A stretch of 64,000 nucleotides of DNA from an uncultured Candidatus Binatia bacterium. Lineage in GTDB: Bacteria > Desulfobacterota > Binatia > UBA9968 > CAXXLF01. A program made the position numbers and the translations under genes. The DNA lies in NCBI GenBank assembly GCA_965218425.1, contig OZ244621.1, positions 4,224,001-4,288,000 of the forward strand, in the 5' to 3' direction. The notes under the pieces are model-generated. The model was given only the letters and a program-made list of their open reading frames with translations. It was not told the origin of the DNA and searched no databases. This document shows, piece by piece, positions 21,876-33,300 of the stretch (positions are counted from its first letter, which is position 1; every line of letters starts with the position of its first letter).

Positions 21876-22926
21876 CTATTCGATGCCGTAGAGAGCCCGG
21901 GCATTGTTGTCCACGATCTTCTGAGCGATTGCTGGGACCACAGTGGAATCTTCCTTGAACCTCTTTATGGCTGTCAGCTCGCTTGTGGTATCGGCGTGAC
22001 CGTAATCGGTGCCCATGACCAGGTTGTCCTCACCCCCCACGTACTGCAACACATAGGGAATGTCGTCATTGGTTTGGCAGGCAACGTAGAACCGGTTTTC
22101 TTTCAGCAGATCGCCCTTGGGCCGGTCGTCATCGAATCGGGCCTCGCGCCAGGCGAGGCGGCGAGCGATATCACCGATCACGTAGGGCAGCCACTGACTG
22201 CTAACCTCGATGAACCCCCAGCGAAGTTCGGGGAATTGGCTCGGGACGCGACCCACAATCAGTGAATGAAAGGCACCCAGAACAGGCCACTTGAACCGGA
22301 GGAAGTTGCCCTGCCCCGGCGCCTGAGTCAAAAATTGGTCGATGTCCGCATTGCCAATACCCGCATGGAAGCAGACCGGGAGGTTCAAATTACTCGCCTC
22401 TTGGTACAAGGGGAAGAAGTGCGGGTCCGTTGAATGGTACTCTCCTTCAAATCCCCGCATGGTGACCCCGCAGGCGCCGTTCTCCCTGACAAAACCCATT
22501 TCGTCGATGGCATGGTCGATGCTCATAGCGGGCAGCACCGCAATCCAGCGCAGTCGGTCCCGCCCCTGGCGCCAGACATCAGCCATCCAACGGTTGTAGC
22601 TTTTGCAGATGGCCCGTTCCATTTGGGGATTGCTGAAGGTAATGCTCGTCCAGAGTGACGGGTGCAGCACTTGAATATCCGTACCGTATTTATCCATGTC
22701 GCGACGTCGACCGGGGATATCCAACATCTCCTGCGACTCGCGAGAGGTGTCCTTGCCGGTGTTCCCACGCCGGGCGCGGATTTTCCCGTCTATGACCTAG
22801 TATTTGTTTGGTCGGATCGGAGGGTTCCGTTACAGTGAAGGGCTTGTATCTCAGATCAGCTTCGTCGAAATAGTCCCAGGTACGGTCGGTCTCAATGACG
22901 TGAGCGTCGGCATCAATGATCGCCAT
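21876..22926 (-). pseudogene. Amidohydrolase_2 family protein, +1 frameshift near 22797-22805
   Basis: N-terminus MAIIDADAHVIE lies in a different frame from VIDGKIRARRG...MLDIPGR...CFHAG...GTDYGH. Removing one base joins them. Confidence 0.75.
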
Positions 22927-23478
22927 CGTGACCCCCCCCCTTGAAAGGCCGGCGTACGCTAACATTTAGCCCTATGGCTGTTAACAGTCCAAAAGCTCTC
23001 TACATTTCGCTCCACGCTGTGAGATTTGCCCTGTTCATTCAACGCTTAACACTGGACACTCAACACTATTCTTTTCTGCGTCCGCATAGTGCCCGTTGCT
23101 AAGTGTCTTTTCGCTTTTCTCGCTCTGTCCCTACCTCTGTCTCTGTCTGTTCGTAGTCCTGTCGTCAGTAGTCCGTGAATTGCTGCCTACTGCTTACTGC
23201 CCCCTGGCTCCTACACCCTATCCCCTATTCCCTTATCTTAGCCTTTTGCGCCATGCTCTAATCACTTAACACTCTTTCTTCGACATCCTGTCCATTGCTT
23301 ACTGTCTTTATCTCTCCTCCCACTCAGTACTCGTTACTCGGCACAAATTACGCACCGCGCATCGCACAAAATGGAGTCTTGACATAGATGCTTCTAGCCG
23401 ATAAAGGGGAGTTCCAATCATTTTTACATGTCCGTGAGACGGAAAAATCATTTCGATCTTCACAGGGAGGAAAAAAAT

Positions 23479-24384
23479 ATGTCCGTTGAAAATAAAGTCG
23501 TCTTAGTGACCGGGGGAGCCCGGGGTATGGGTCGCGAGATGGTCCGCGCATTCCTCAAAGAAGGAGCGAAGGTTGTCGCCACGGACATCTCGTGGGTTCC
23601 CACGGGGGTGTCCAACGATGATTTCGATTTCCGCGAGGAGCTCACGGGCAACCCCAACGTCCTCATTGGGGTCATGGACATCACGCTCCAATCCCACGTG
23701 AACGAGATTTACGATGAGGCCATGGAGAAATTCGGCACCATAGACGTGGTCATCAACAATGGGGGAACACGCCAGCGAGACCTCTACCTCAAGACACACG
23801 GGAGCGTCAGCATCCTGGACACGGACGTGAGCGAGTGGGAGCACATGTTCGCCACCCACGTCTTCGGCAACCTGCGAGTCATCAAGAAATTCGCGCAGCC
23901 CATGCTGGAGAAGAAGCGCGGGAGCATCGTCAACACCTCCTCTAGCCAGCTCCTGAATGCCCACGGCGCGGGGCAAGGTAACGCCACCGGCTACGGGTTG
24001 AGCCGGGAGGGCTCCTACCAGCCCGCCAAGGCGGCCATGGGGTCCATGACCATCTACCTGGCGCAGGAACTCAAGCAGCACAACATCGCCGTGAACCTGA
24101 TGATGCCCGGGCACACCAGAACCACCGGCTCGGACGAGCAGGAAACCGTCCGAAACGAGATCCGACAGCGCTTGGGCAGGGGCACATCAGACTTCGTTCC
24201 GCGACGGGTACGCGCCGACAATGTGGTGCCCCTCGCCTTGCACCTGGCCCAACAGGATGCCAACGGCATTACCGGGCAGTGGATCAGCTGCATGCAGTGG
24301 AACGAAAAGAACGGACTCGGAGGCTTCGAAGCCTGGGGCTACGAGCCTGATGTTGCGGCCGCGCGGGAGCGGGGCCGGTTGTAA
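23479..24384 (+). CDS. Short-chain dehydrogenase/reductase
   Basis: TGGARGMG, NNGG and YQPAK (YxxxK). GGAGG RBS. Confidence 0.88.
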   Translation: MSVENKVVLVTGGARGMGREMVRAFLKEGAKVVATDISWVPTGVSNDDFDFREELTGNPNVLIGVMDITLQSHVNEIYDEAMEKFGTIDVVINNGGTRQRDLYLKTHGSVSILDTDVSEWEHMFATHVFGNLRVIKKFAQPMLEKKRGSIVNTSSSQLLNAHGAGQGNATGYGLSREGSYQPAKAAMGSMTIYLAQELKQHNIAVNLMMPGHTRTTGSDEQETVRNEIRQRLGRGTSDFVPRRVRADNVVPLALHLAQQDANGITGQWISCMQWNEKNGLGGFEAWGYEPDVAAARERGRL

Positions 24385-24642
24385 GGCCTGAAACAGACAC
24401 CGCCCACAGGTGTGGAGGTCCTCATGGCCTGCCCCCGCGCTCAGGTGCTGCGGCGGAGCGCTCTGCGGCTTCCCTCTTCCCATAACACTATTTCCTCTGC
24501 ACACTTCCCACTGCTCCCTGTCTTTCTCTCCATCTCTGTTTGTCCGCGATCAATTGGCTTAGTCCTGCCCAACAGGTATAGACTATTTGTTAACCAAAGA
24601 TTTGGTTGCATTACAGAGTTGAAACTAAGAAGCTGGGGCCCA

Positions 24643-25821
24643 ATGAAGGAGATTGAATCGTTGCGCACACCAGAGTCGATGGATTACGTTTACGTCCAAG
24701 AACCCGCAGCGCTGGAACCGCTGATCCGGCGCATCAAGGGGGACAAACGGGTAGCGCTGGATACCGAGGCCGATAGTCTGCACAACTATTTCGAAAAGGT
24801 TTGCTTGGTCCAGCTCTCCATCGGAGGCGAGCACTTCCTCGTGGACCCGCTTTCCGAATTAGACTTCAGCGGTTTCCTCGAAGCCCTGGCCGAGAAGCCG
24901 CTGATCGTGCACGGCGGCGACTACGATCTGCGCATGATGCGCACCTTCATGGGCTTCAGACCGCGCCGTGAAGTCTTCGACACCATGATCGCGGCGCAAT
25001 TGCTCGGCATCGAACAGATCGGTCTGGCCGCCCTCATCGAGAAATTCTTTGATATCACCATAGGAAAAGAGGGGCAGAAGTCTGACTGGTCACGCCGGCC
25101 CCTTAGCGAAAAACAGTTGCGTTACGCAGTCAACGACACTCGTTTTCTAGAGCGGCTCGCTGAACGCCTGCACGGTGAGCTGCTCCAGCGGGGACGGGTC
25201 CATTGGCATAGGGAAAGTTGCCGTGCCATGGTGGATTCCACCGAGCGTGATAATTCACGCAACCCGGATGAAGCCTGGCGCATCAAAGGCGCCGGGCGGC
25301 TGACCCGTCGTCAACTGGCCTATCTGCGGGAGCTCTGGCACTGGCGCGACAACCATGCCCGGCGCGCCAACGTGCCACCCTTCAAGGTCTTTGGCAATCA
25401 GCAGATGCTGGACTTGCTCCAGTGGGCCGAGTCTCATCCCAACACGCCCTCGGACCAGGGACCAAAATTGCCTCGCAACATCGTCGGCTCGCGGCTGAGG
25501 ACCCTCCAGGAGGCCATCGCCCGGGCCGCCGGCATGACGCCGGCACAGTGGCCGGAACGTCGCAGACACGTGCAGAGTTACACCCCACGCATGGACTGTA
25601 AGGAGCAGATCGACGCGCTACGCGGCGAGTGCGAGCGGATCGCAAAGGAATTGGAAATCGCCCCATCGACTCTAGCGCCCCGAGCCGCCATCGAGACCAT
25701 TGCCCGAAGCCGGCCCCGGACCATCCATGAGATTATGGCAAGTGGGGGCCTGCTGCGCTGGCAGGCGGAACTCCTACAAGCCGCGGTGGAAAATACTTTG
25801 CACTCGATGCGGGAAAAGTAG
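24643..25821 (+). CDS. rnd: Ribonuclease D-like 3'-5' exonuclease with HRDC domain
   Basis: ALDTE, CLVQL, DTMIAA, SDWSRRPL and YAVND DEDDy motifs; C-terminal HRDC (WRDNHARRANVPPFKV). Start uncertain. Confidence 0.85.
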   Translation: MKEIESLRTPESMDYVYVQEPAALEPLIRRIKGDKRVALDTEADSLHNYFEKVCLVQLSIGGEHFLVDPLSELDFSGFLEALAEKPLIVHGGDYDLRMMRTFMGFRPRREVFDTMIAAQLLGIEQIGLAALIEKFFDITIGKEGQKSDWSRRPLSEKQLRYAVNDTRFLERLAERLHGELLQRGRVHWHRESCRAMVDSTERDNSRNPDEAWRIKGAGRLTRRQLAYLRELWHWRDNHARRANVPPFKVFGNQQMLDLLQWAESHPNTPSDQGPKLPRNIVGSRLRTLQEAIARAAGMTPAQWPERRRHVQSYTPRMDCKEQIDALRGECERIAKELEIAPSTLAPRAAIETIARSRPRTIHEIMASGGLLRWQAELLQAAVENTLHSMREK

Positions 25822-25969
25822 CCATCACGAAGATAGTGCTCTGTGCATTGTCTTTTTGATATCAGAATTGCCCATCTCTAGACCCCATATTTCGCCATTC
25901 CCATATTATTTAGTTTTCCATCGGCTGGTTGGCATGATTCGATCCAATATACTTCGTGTGAGTTGAACG

Positions 25970-26830
25970 TCAGTCCAGCGAATATTTCTTTTCTGCCTCG
26001 TAGTAGGCGGGGAACCCGACGACATCGCGCAGATGGGCGAACCCGGCGATGTCATTGGGATGCTTGCCGTGCTTGATGGCGGCGAGGGCATGTTCCATTG
26101 CGTTGATCGCCGCGAGTATCAGTGTGAGCGGATAAACAACGATCTTGTACCCGATCTCTTCGAGTCGCCCGGCTGAAAGAACCGGCGTGCTCCCCTGCTC
26201 CACCATATTCGCCAACTTCGGTCCAGGCACGCTTTCGCAGTAAGCGCGCATCTCCTCCTCGTTCCGGGGTGCCTCAACAAAGCTAATGTCCGCGCCGATC
26301 TCCATGAACGTCCTGGCGCGCGGAATGGCCTCCTCAAAACCCTCCGTTCCATTGGCGTCCGTACGCGCCATAATAAGGATGTTGGCGCTCTCGGTGCGTG
26401 CATCCAACGCGGCTTGCACTCGGGCGAACGCCTCCTTGCGGCTGACCGTTTGCTTGCCGCTTGTATGGCCGCAACGCTTCGGCGTCACTTGGTCCTCGAT
26501 CATGATACAGGCGAAGCCGGCGTCCGCATAACCGCGCACCGTGCGCTTTACATTGAGGGCATTGCCGTAACCAGTATCGCCGTCACCGAACACCGGCACC
26601 GTTACGGAACTGCAGATGTTTCGTCCCTGATCCACCATCTCCGCGTAAGAGATAAGCCCCGTGTCCGGCATGCCAATCCGTGTAGCAGAAACGGCGAAGC
26701 CGCTCATAAAAGCCGCACTGAAACCGGCGCGTTCAATAAGCTTCGCGGTCATGGCGTCGAAACACCCTGGCATCACAATGACGCCTGGGTCGGCAAGCAG
26801 CTGGCGCAATCGTGCGGTGGCGGTCTCCAT
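25970..26830 (-). CDS. Isocitrate lyase/PEP mutase family enzyme (methylisocitrate lyase-like)
   Basis: DGDTGYG, IEDQ..PKRCGH and ARTDA motifs. Confidence 0.88.
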   Translation of the reverse strand: METATARLRQLLADPGVIVMPGCFDAMTAKLIERAGFSAAFMSGFAVSATRIGMPDTGLISYAEMVDQGRNICSSVTVPVFGDGDTGYGNALNVKRTVRGYADAGFACIMIEDQVTPKRCGHTSGKQTVSRKEAFARVQAALDARTESANILIMARTDANGTEGFEEAIPRARTFMEIGADISFVEAPRNEEEMRAYCESVPGPKLANMVEQGSTPVLSAGRLEEIGYKIVVYPLTLILAAINAMEHALAAIKHGKHPNDIAGFAHLRDVVGFPAYYEAEKKYSLD

Positions 26831-27038
26831 CGTTTACTCCTTACTTCTTTGATTTCTTTTAGAACCGGGCTGGCAACAGAATAGTAGTCTAAAAGCCCGC
26901 CCCAGCTCTTCTTAAACTGGCCAGAGAGTCAGGCAACATGAAAAGAGGGGCGAGCTCCCGTACGACGGTGGTTGATGCCACCAGCGATCAGTCGAGGTTG
27001 GGGTCGCGTCGTTAGATCAAGTTAATCTGGAGCCCGTT

Positions 27039-28046
27039 TCAAAACCACTCGGCAAAGCCCATTGCACAGCCGTTGCCGGCTTCGGTTCGATAGCATGGCA
27101 CGTAGTCGACAATCTTTGGCTCGAGGTCCGTCCCAGACATGGCCCCAGCCAGGGCAACCCAGTTCTTGATTTCAGAAGTCCCGGCCCGGAACCGAACATC
27201 CGGGTAGTCCGTGAGCTTCCCAAAGTCGTCGTTTTGCAAGCCCTCAAGGATACGTGTGTCTAGCTCTTCCTCGATAACCGTGTGGCTGAGGCCGCCGGAG
27301 GCGAAGATCGCCACCCGTTTTTTGTTATCCCAGGCCTCGATGGCTTGACGCACCGTCCGGCCCAACTTGTAGCAACGCCGGGCGGTGGGCACATTGGGCG
27401 GATAGTAAGTGTTCACCAGCACCGGAACGTGCGGGATCGTGTTGTTGTTCATCAACCTGCGATAGATGTAGTAAAAGGCATGCCCGATGGCGCCATCGAG
27501 GCGCCCCCCCTGGAACACGTTGGTGCGTGTCACGTCGAACTCGTCGGCGGTGAGCGCCTCGATGAGGTACTGGCCCAGCTCCGCCTCAGCCGGATAACTC
27601 CGGCGGTCTGGCGGAGCGTTGTCGATCCTGGGGTCACGGACAGCAGGCCGCCCGCCATATCTTCCCCGGTCTTGACGCGGAGCGTCATCAACGGTTTTGC
27701 CGTGGTAAACGGCGATGGGCGGCATGTTATTGTCGCCGAAGACCTCGTGCTGGTCGTCACCGAAAATGATGCATACGTCGGGGGTAATGCGGCGCAGGGT
27801 TTCACTGAGACGCGCGATTGATTTCTGGCAAGATTCGAAACGTGCCCGGAATTTCTCGTCGGTGCACTCCCTTTCGAAGTGTTCCCCGGCGCGGGCCTCC
27901 ACCAGTTCCGGGAAAGAGTACGTTTTCCCTCGGAACCAGTGTTCCGGCTGAGACCGCGAACGATCACCGTATACTCGCCAATTTTCGGGAGGCATGGCGA
28001 GCTGCGGCGCATGGGACGAGCCAATACCCAATATAATTTTGGCCAT
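27039..28046 (-). CDS. Extradiol ring-cleavage dioxygenase, LigB/class III family
   Basis: GSSHAP, GDDQHE, GHAF, ASGGLSH and GTSEIKNW motifs. Confidence 0.88.
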   Translation of the reverse strand: MAKIILGIGSSHAPQLAMPPENWRVYGDRSRSQPEHWFRGKTYSFPELVEARAGEHFERECTDEKFRARFESCQKSIARLSETLRRITPDVCIIFGDDQHEVFGDNNMPPIAVYHGKTVDDAPRQDRGRYGGRPAVRDPRIDNAPPDRRSYPAEAELGQYLIEALTADEFDVTRTNVFQGGRLDGAIGHAFYYIYRRLMNNNTIPHVPVLVNTYYPPNVPTARRCYKLGRTVRQAIEAWDNKKRVAIFASGGLSHTVIEEELDTRILEGLQNDDFGKLTDYPDVRFRAGTSEIKNWVALAGAMSGTDLEPKIVDYVPCYRTEAGNGCAMGFAEWF

Positions 28047-28124
28047 GTGGTTTAACCTCCATCGGGCGTACGACCGCCCGGTTTGGGGACCCTGTTACCC
28101 TAACTAATCTTTTGATCGGCAGGC

Positions 28125-28153
28125 ATCATATGCCCGGTGAGGTGGCTTGTCAA
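28125..28153 (-). promoter_or_regulatory. Putative sigma70 promoter for LigB-like gene
   Basis: TTGACA-N17-TATGAT. Confidence 0.55.
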
Positions 28154-28790
28154 TTGCGGGTAGGGTACGTAGCGGGGGCAGCCGCCCTCCCTTGTTCCGA
28201 GAAATTCGCTGAAAACTGATAGCTGACGGCTTATAACTAACTACGCCTTACTCTCTAACCTATGCACGATTGCTGTCTGAACCCAGGCAGAAGTTGTTTT
28301 TTTTACTATGACTCCGCTCTCATGCTAACACGGCCACCGAGAGCGCGGGCAATAAGAGCCGCCGTCACTACAAAGACAACGATCAGTGCACCGACAACCG
28401 TTGCCTTTTCAAACTGGCCTTCTGTAGCGAATTCCAGCATCAGCAAGGAAAGCGTCCTAGTCTGGCCGGTTGCCAGAAGCACGATGGTACTGATATCTCG
28501 AGCTGCAGAAATAAACACTAGCAATCCAACAGTAATCAGAGCTGGGAAAAGCAACGGCAACAAGATGCGAAAGTAAGTAGAAAACCATGAAGCGCCCGAC
28601 ACTACCGATGCTTCCTCTAATTCGCGGCTTAGCTGTAGCATGATGCTTTTAATGACCTGTGTTCCTATGGGCATACTTTTAATAACCATGGCGATGATCA
28701 GAATATAAATCGTTCCATAGATGGGGATAAAAATTTTTGTGCCAAGAAAGGTCCAGAGGAGTGACCTGCCCCCAGGAGTGGTACCACCCT

Positions 28791-29870
28791 TTAAGTTAGA
28801 GCCGGAATTATCTGGAGTCCAGCCCATGGGGATGAATTCCCAGCCTGCGCTCTGGGCAGAAAGGCCTCCGGTGCCGGAGAACGATAGCCCAGGGCGCTGT
28901 GAGGCCGCCGCTGGTTATACTCTCTTCTCCATCTTTCGATCAGCACCTGAGCTTCCCTCAGGGTTTCAAACACCTCCCGGTTGAGCAGCTCATCCCTGAG
29001 TTTTCCGTTAAAACTCTCCACGTAGCCATTCTCCCAAGGACTGCCAGGCTCGATGTAGAGTGTCCTGACACCAATGGCCTTGAGCCAGTCCCGGATAGCC
29101 TGAGCCGTAAACTCGGGGCCATTGTCGGACCGAAGGGACTGCGGCACGCCCCGTTCCACGAATAGCTCCGCTAACCGTTCCAGCACATCCCGGTGATTCA
29201 TCCGTCTGGCCACATCAATCGCCAAGCACTCCCGGGTGTATTCATCCAGGATGCTCAACAGCCGAAAGGCCCGACCGTCTTCGGTTCGCTCGTGCACGAA
29301 GTCATAACTCCACACATGGTTTCGATGCGCCGGTCTCAGGCGAATGCAGGAGCCATCAGTCAACCGGAGCCTCCCTCGCTTAGGCTGACGGCTGAGGACT
29401 TTCAGCCCTTCCTGCCTCCAGAGCCTCTCCACTCGCTTGTGGTTGACCTTCCACCCCTCCCCACGCAGCATGGCCGTAATCCTCCGGTAGCCGTATCGCC
29501 CGTATTCGCTGGCCAGCTCCATCATCCGAGCCACTAGTCTTGCTTCCTCTTCCGGGATCTCTCGGACTCTTCGTTGCGTCGATCGCGGCTGTCCCAACAC
29601 TTGGCAAGCCCGGCGTTCGGAGACTCGATCAGGTCCCAATCTTTCTCTGGCCCATATCACCGCTCGTCTCCTCTTCGCCGGGCCTAGAAGTTTCCCGAGG
29701 ACACTTCCTTCAGGATCTGGTTGTCCAGCGATAGATCCGCCACCAGCTTCTTCAACCGCGCATTCTCCTTGTCCAAGGCCTTGAGCCTCTTGGCCTGATC
29801 CATCTTCAGGCCTCCATATTCCTTCCTCCACCGGTAGTAGGTCTGCACGGTTACCCCCACCTGCTTGCAC
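28791..29870 (-). CDS. IS407-group transposase OrfB (functional start via frameshift near 29690)
   Basis: [14 protein letters not shown] and [15 protein letters not shown] motifs. Confidence 0.88.
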   Translation of the reverse strand: MQAGGGNRADLLPVEEGIWRPEDGSGQEAQGLGQGECAVEEAGGGSIAGQPDPEGSVLGKLLGPAKRRRAVIWARERLGPDRVSERRACQVLGQPRSTQRRVREIPEEEARLVARMMELASEYGRYGYRRITAMLRGEGWKVNHKRVERLWRQEGLKVLSRQPKRGRLRLTDGSCIRLRPAHRNHVWSYDFVHERTEDGRAFRLLSILDEYTRECLAIDVARRMNHRDVLERLAELFVERGVPQSLRSDNGPEFTAQAIRDWLKAIGVRTLYIEPGSPWENGYVESFNGKLRDELLNREVFETLREAQVLIERWRREYNQRRPHSALGYRSPAPEAFLPRAQAGNSSPWAGLQIIPALT

Positions 29871-29962
29871 ACCTGGCCCACCGCCTTCCCTTGGGCCAAG
29901 CTCACCTCCGCCTCACGCAGCTTGAGGATAATCTGCTCGGCCGTAAATCGCTTTCTTGCCAT
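29684..29962 (-). CDS. IS407-group transposase OrfA
   Basis: RFTAEQII...[11 protein letters not shown]...[11 protein letters not shown]. Confidence 0.9.
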   Translation of the reverse strand: MARKRFTAEQIILKLREAEVSLAQGKAVGQVCKQVGVTVQTYYRWRKEYGGLKMDQAKRLKALDKENARLKKLVADLSLDNQILKEVSSGNF

Positions 29963-31013
29963 CCTTGCCTCCTTCCTAAAATCAAAATCCCTAACATTTC
30001 ACCTGGACTCGTTTTAGGGGGCAAGGTCAGTTGGGACAGCCGTTATCATCAATGCCAGTAACAGTACTAAAACAAATACAAGGCCCTTCCATCGGCCCAG
30101 TGGAGTAAGGCGATTGTTGAAGCCGCGACCAGATACAGTCGTGTATTCCTTGCGCTTAAGAACAAATCGTTGAAAGGTCACCAGAAGCAGCAGAACCACT
30201 AGAAAAGTAGAACTCAAGGCCATGGCCGGAGGATATTCCGCCGGTTCCGAAATGACCAGGTCGTGAATCTTTGTAGAAAAAACATGGAGATCAATCGGTA
30301 CCCCCAGGAGCAGCTCGATTTCAAATGCCTCTAGGGAACGGATAAGTCCCAAAATCGTAGCGACCAGAATCGCCGGCATCATGATTGGGGTAATGATACG
30401 AATGAGTGTGCCTACCGCACTCGCACCAGAGACCCGGGAAGATTCCTCCAAGGCCGCATCCATATTTCTAAAGGCAGGCGCCAGGAGCAATACCTTGACT
30501 CCGATGGTCGAAACGGCAAGATGCACCCAGACAATTCCCCAAAACGAATAAATATTAAACGGCGGCTCGCTGATAAAGGGAAGCTTAAGCAGCCACGCAT
30601 TCACCAAGCCGAACTTTGGGTCGAGCAAGAGTATCCATCCCATAGTCACCGGTAGGGCGGGGAGAAAAAAGGAAAGCCAGAACATGAATTCAAGGGGGCC
30701 CCTAAGAGGTATATCCGTCCGTGCAAGCAACCAGGAGAGCACGATACCTAGGATTAGGGCAATGAACTGGCGGGTCAGTGCCAAGGAAAAAGTATTATAG
30801 ATAGCAGATAGTATGCCTGGTGAGCCGAACGCCTCTTCCCATCCTTGAAAACCATAAACCATGGACTCGCCTGGTTTTGAGATCTGAAAACTGTTTAGGA
30901 TCATCAAAAAGAGGGGAACTAGAACTACAAATGCGACTAGTCCCAGTGACCTTGCCCCCTAAAACGAGTCCAGGTGAAATGTTAGGGATTTTGATTTTAG
31001 GAAGGAGGCAAGG

Positions 31014-31292
31014 ATGGCAAGAAAGCGATTTACGGCCGAGCAGATTATCCTCAAGCTGCGTGAGGCGGAGGTGAGCTTGGCCCAAGGGAAGGCGGTGGGC
31101 CAGGTGTGCAAGCAGGTGGGGGTAACCGTGCAGACCTACTACCGGTGGAGGAAGGAATATGGAGGCCTGAAGATGGATCAGGCCAAGAGGCTCAAGGCCT
31201 TGGACAAGGAGAATGCGCGGTTGAAGAAGCTGGTGGCGGATCTATCGCTGGACAACCAGATCCTGAAGGAAGTGTCCTCGGGAAACTTCTAG
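31014..31292 (+). CDS. IS407-group transposase OrfA
   Basis: Same protein as 29684-29962. Confidence 0.9.
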   Translation: MARKRFTAEQIILKLREAEVSLAQGKAVGQVCKQVGVTVQTYYRWRKEYGGLKMDQAKRLKALDKENARLKKLVADLSLDNQILKEVSSGNF

Positions 31293-32185
31293 GCCCGGCG
31301 AAGAGGAGACGAGCGGTGATATGGGCCAGAGAAAGATTGGGACCTGATCGAGTCTCCGAACGCCGGGCTTGCCAAGTGTTGGGACAGCCGCGATCGACGC
31401 AACGAAGAGTCCGAGAGATCCCGGAAGAGGAAGCAAGACTAGTGGCTCGGATGATGGAGCTGGCCAGCGAATACGGGCGATACGGCTACCGGAGGATTAC
31501 GGCCATGCTGCGTGGGGAGGGGTGGAAGGTCAACCACAAGCGAGTGGAGAGGCTCTGGAGGCAGGAAGGGCTGAAAGTCCTCAGCCGTCAGCCTAAGCGA
31601 GGGAGGCTCCGGTTGACTGATGGCTCCTGCATTCGCCTGAGACCGGCGCATCGAAACCATGTGTGGAGTTATGACTTCGTGCACGAGCGAACCGAAGACG
31701 GTCGGGCCTTTCGGCTGTTGAGCATCCTGGATGAATACACCCGGGAGTGCTTGGCGATTGATGTGGCCAGACGGATGAATCACCGGGATGTGCTGGAACG
31801 GTTAGCGGAGCTATTCGTGGAACGGGGCGTGCCGCAGTCCCTTCGGTCCGACAATGGCCCCGAGTTTACGGCTCAGGCTATCCGGGACTGGCTCAAGGCC
31901 ATTGGTGTCAGGACACTCTACATCGAGCCTGGCAGTCCTTGGGAGAATGGCTACGTGGAGAGTTTTAACGGAAAACTCAGGGATGAGCTGCTCAACCGGG
32001 AGGTGTTTGAAACCCTGAGGGAAGCTCAGGTGCTGATCGAAAGATGGAGAAGAGAGTATAACCAGCGGCGGCCTCACAGCGCCCTGGGCTATCGTTCTCC
32101 GGCACCGGAGGCCTTTCTGCCCAGAGCGCAGGCTGGGAATTCATCCCCATGGGCTGGACTCCAGATAATTCCGGCTCTAACTTAA
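31106..32185 (+). CDS. IS407-group transposase OrfB (functional start via frameshift near 31286)
   Basis: Same protein as 28791-29870; DDE core. Confidence 0.88.
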   Translation: MQAGGGNRADLLPVEEGIWRPEDGSGQEAQGLGQGECAVEEAGGGSIAGQPDPEGSVLGKLLGPAKRRRAVIWARERLGPDRVSERRACQVLGQPRSTQRRVREIPEEEARLVARMMELASEYGRYGYRRITAMLRGEGWKVNHKRVERLWRQEGLKVLSRQPKRGRLRLTDGSCIRLRPAHRNHVWSYDFVHERTEDGRAFRLLSILDEYTRECLAIDVARRMNHRDVLERLAELFVERGVPQSLRSDNGPEFTAQAIRDWLKAIGVRTLYIEPGSPWENGYVESFNGKLRDELLNREVFETLREAQVLIERWRREYNQRRPHSALGYRSPAPEAFLPRAQAGNSSPWAGLQIIPALT

Positions 32186-33300
32186 AGGGTGGTACCACTC
32201 CTGGGGGCAGGTCACCAGGAGCAGGCTCATTAAGAGTACGGGTCCGTTAATCTTTTGTCGATAATTTACGTGTTCTTGGGTCGCAGTTCTGTCCATGCCA
32301 TGGAACCCTGATTTTCAAGAAGGTTGCCGCGATCTTCTGCTGAGGAAACTGTCACAGCCCTATTGCAATTTAATCGCCCCCCGTATGCTACATGATTTTG
32401 TTCCTCCCCTAATATTCCCTTTATTTATTGGCTCTTTTTTTTAAGAGCCTACGGGCGCTTTTCCGTGCCGTTTTCGCTTTCGCCTGCTTCTCTTCCGAAA
32501 TCTCCTCGATCTTGTGCCACTTTTCTAGAGATATAGTATCCTTTGCCCCTAAATACCCGAACTCGGATGTCCATTGGGTCTCCACATCCAACCGACGGGT
32601 GGGCTGGCTCAGGGTCTTTGTCCAGATTTCCTGTCCCTCCTTGCTCAGCAACCAATTGACAAAAACCTTGGTGGCGTTGGGGTGGGGGTGATTCTTAATA
32701 ATCGCCAGATTCCCTGACCCGGCTGTGCCATAAGTCCCTTCTTTAAAGAGAGGAAGGGCCTTTACGGGCAGACCCGCATCAATAAAAGACTGGAATGCAT
32801 AGTATGTAACACCGATGGTTAAGGCTAGTTTCCCCTTGGCAAGCGACTCCGCCATGACCCGCCGGTTACGGGTGATTTGGACGTCTTGTTTGACAAACGC
32901 CTGCAAGAATTTTTCTCCTTTGTGCTTCCACATGTATTCCCAAACCCCTCTCCCTGCGCCTGGTCGCCGCGGATCGTAAAAGGCCATCTTCCCCTTCAAT
33001 TTTGGATTAAGGAGGTCGTCATAAGAACGCAGCTCATCAGGGTTGACCGAATCAGTATTGTACCAGAAGTTAGCAGTCAAAAAGGCGGAATAGGTATAGG
33101 TGTACCGCTTCTCCTTATCAATAGACATATGTCCGCCCCACCAGTTTTTGGGGTCTTTAACCTCGGGAAGAAGCAGGTACGGCTCGAAAGGATCCACGAT
33201 CTTTCCTCCAACGAAACCGCTGATCATGGACCCCGAACCCCCGAGATGGACGTCAAAATAGTGCACGCCGTGAAGCGACCCGGGTTTCACGGACAGTTAA

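Larger units (their letters stand above)
28762..30029 (-). mobile_element. IS3 family (IS407 group) element, copy A (1268 bp), no target duplication
   Basis: TGACCTGCCCCC / GGGGGCAAGGTCA termini. Appears identical to copy B; flanks GGAG/GTTG do not match. Confidence 0.93.
30947..32214 (+). mobile_element. IS3 family (IS407 group) element, copy B (1268 bp)
   Basis: TG...CA inverted repeats, 4-bp target duplication CCAG, and G GGA AAC slippery site at 31280-31286. Confidence 0.95.
28306..32296 (-). pseudogene. ABC permease broken into three pieces by two IS407-group insertions, with an internal deletion
   Basis: Pieces 32215-32296 (MDRTATQ...MSLLL), 30030-30946 (GLVAFVV...AVPT) and 28306-28761 (LLWTFLG...RAES) are collinear with intact paralogous permeases. 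Confidence 0.88.

Noticed and set aside
22797..22799. In-frame TAG as a recoded (pyrrolysine/readthrough) codon in the amidohydrolase
   Set aside because: A frameshift is needed at the same spot regardless, and no pyl machinery is seen.
23035..23345. Possible CRISPR array or tRNA in low-complexity intergenic DNA
   Set aside because: No constant 23-47 bp repeats with spacers, no cas genes and no cloverleaf.
28762..32214. Composite transposon that imported a permease gene
   Set aside because: The cargo is the collinear middle of the resident gene, copy B has its own TSD, and the outer flanks (GGAG/CCAG) are not duplicated.
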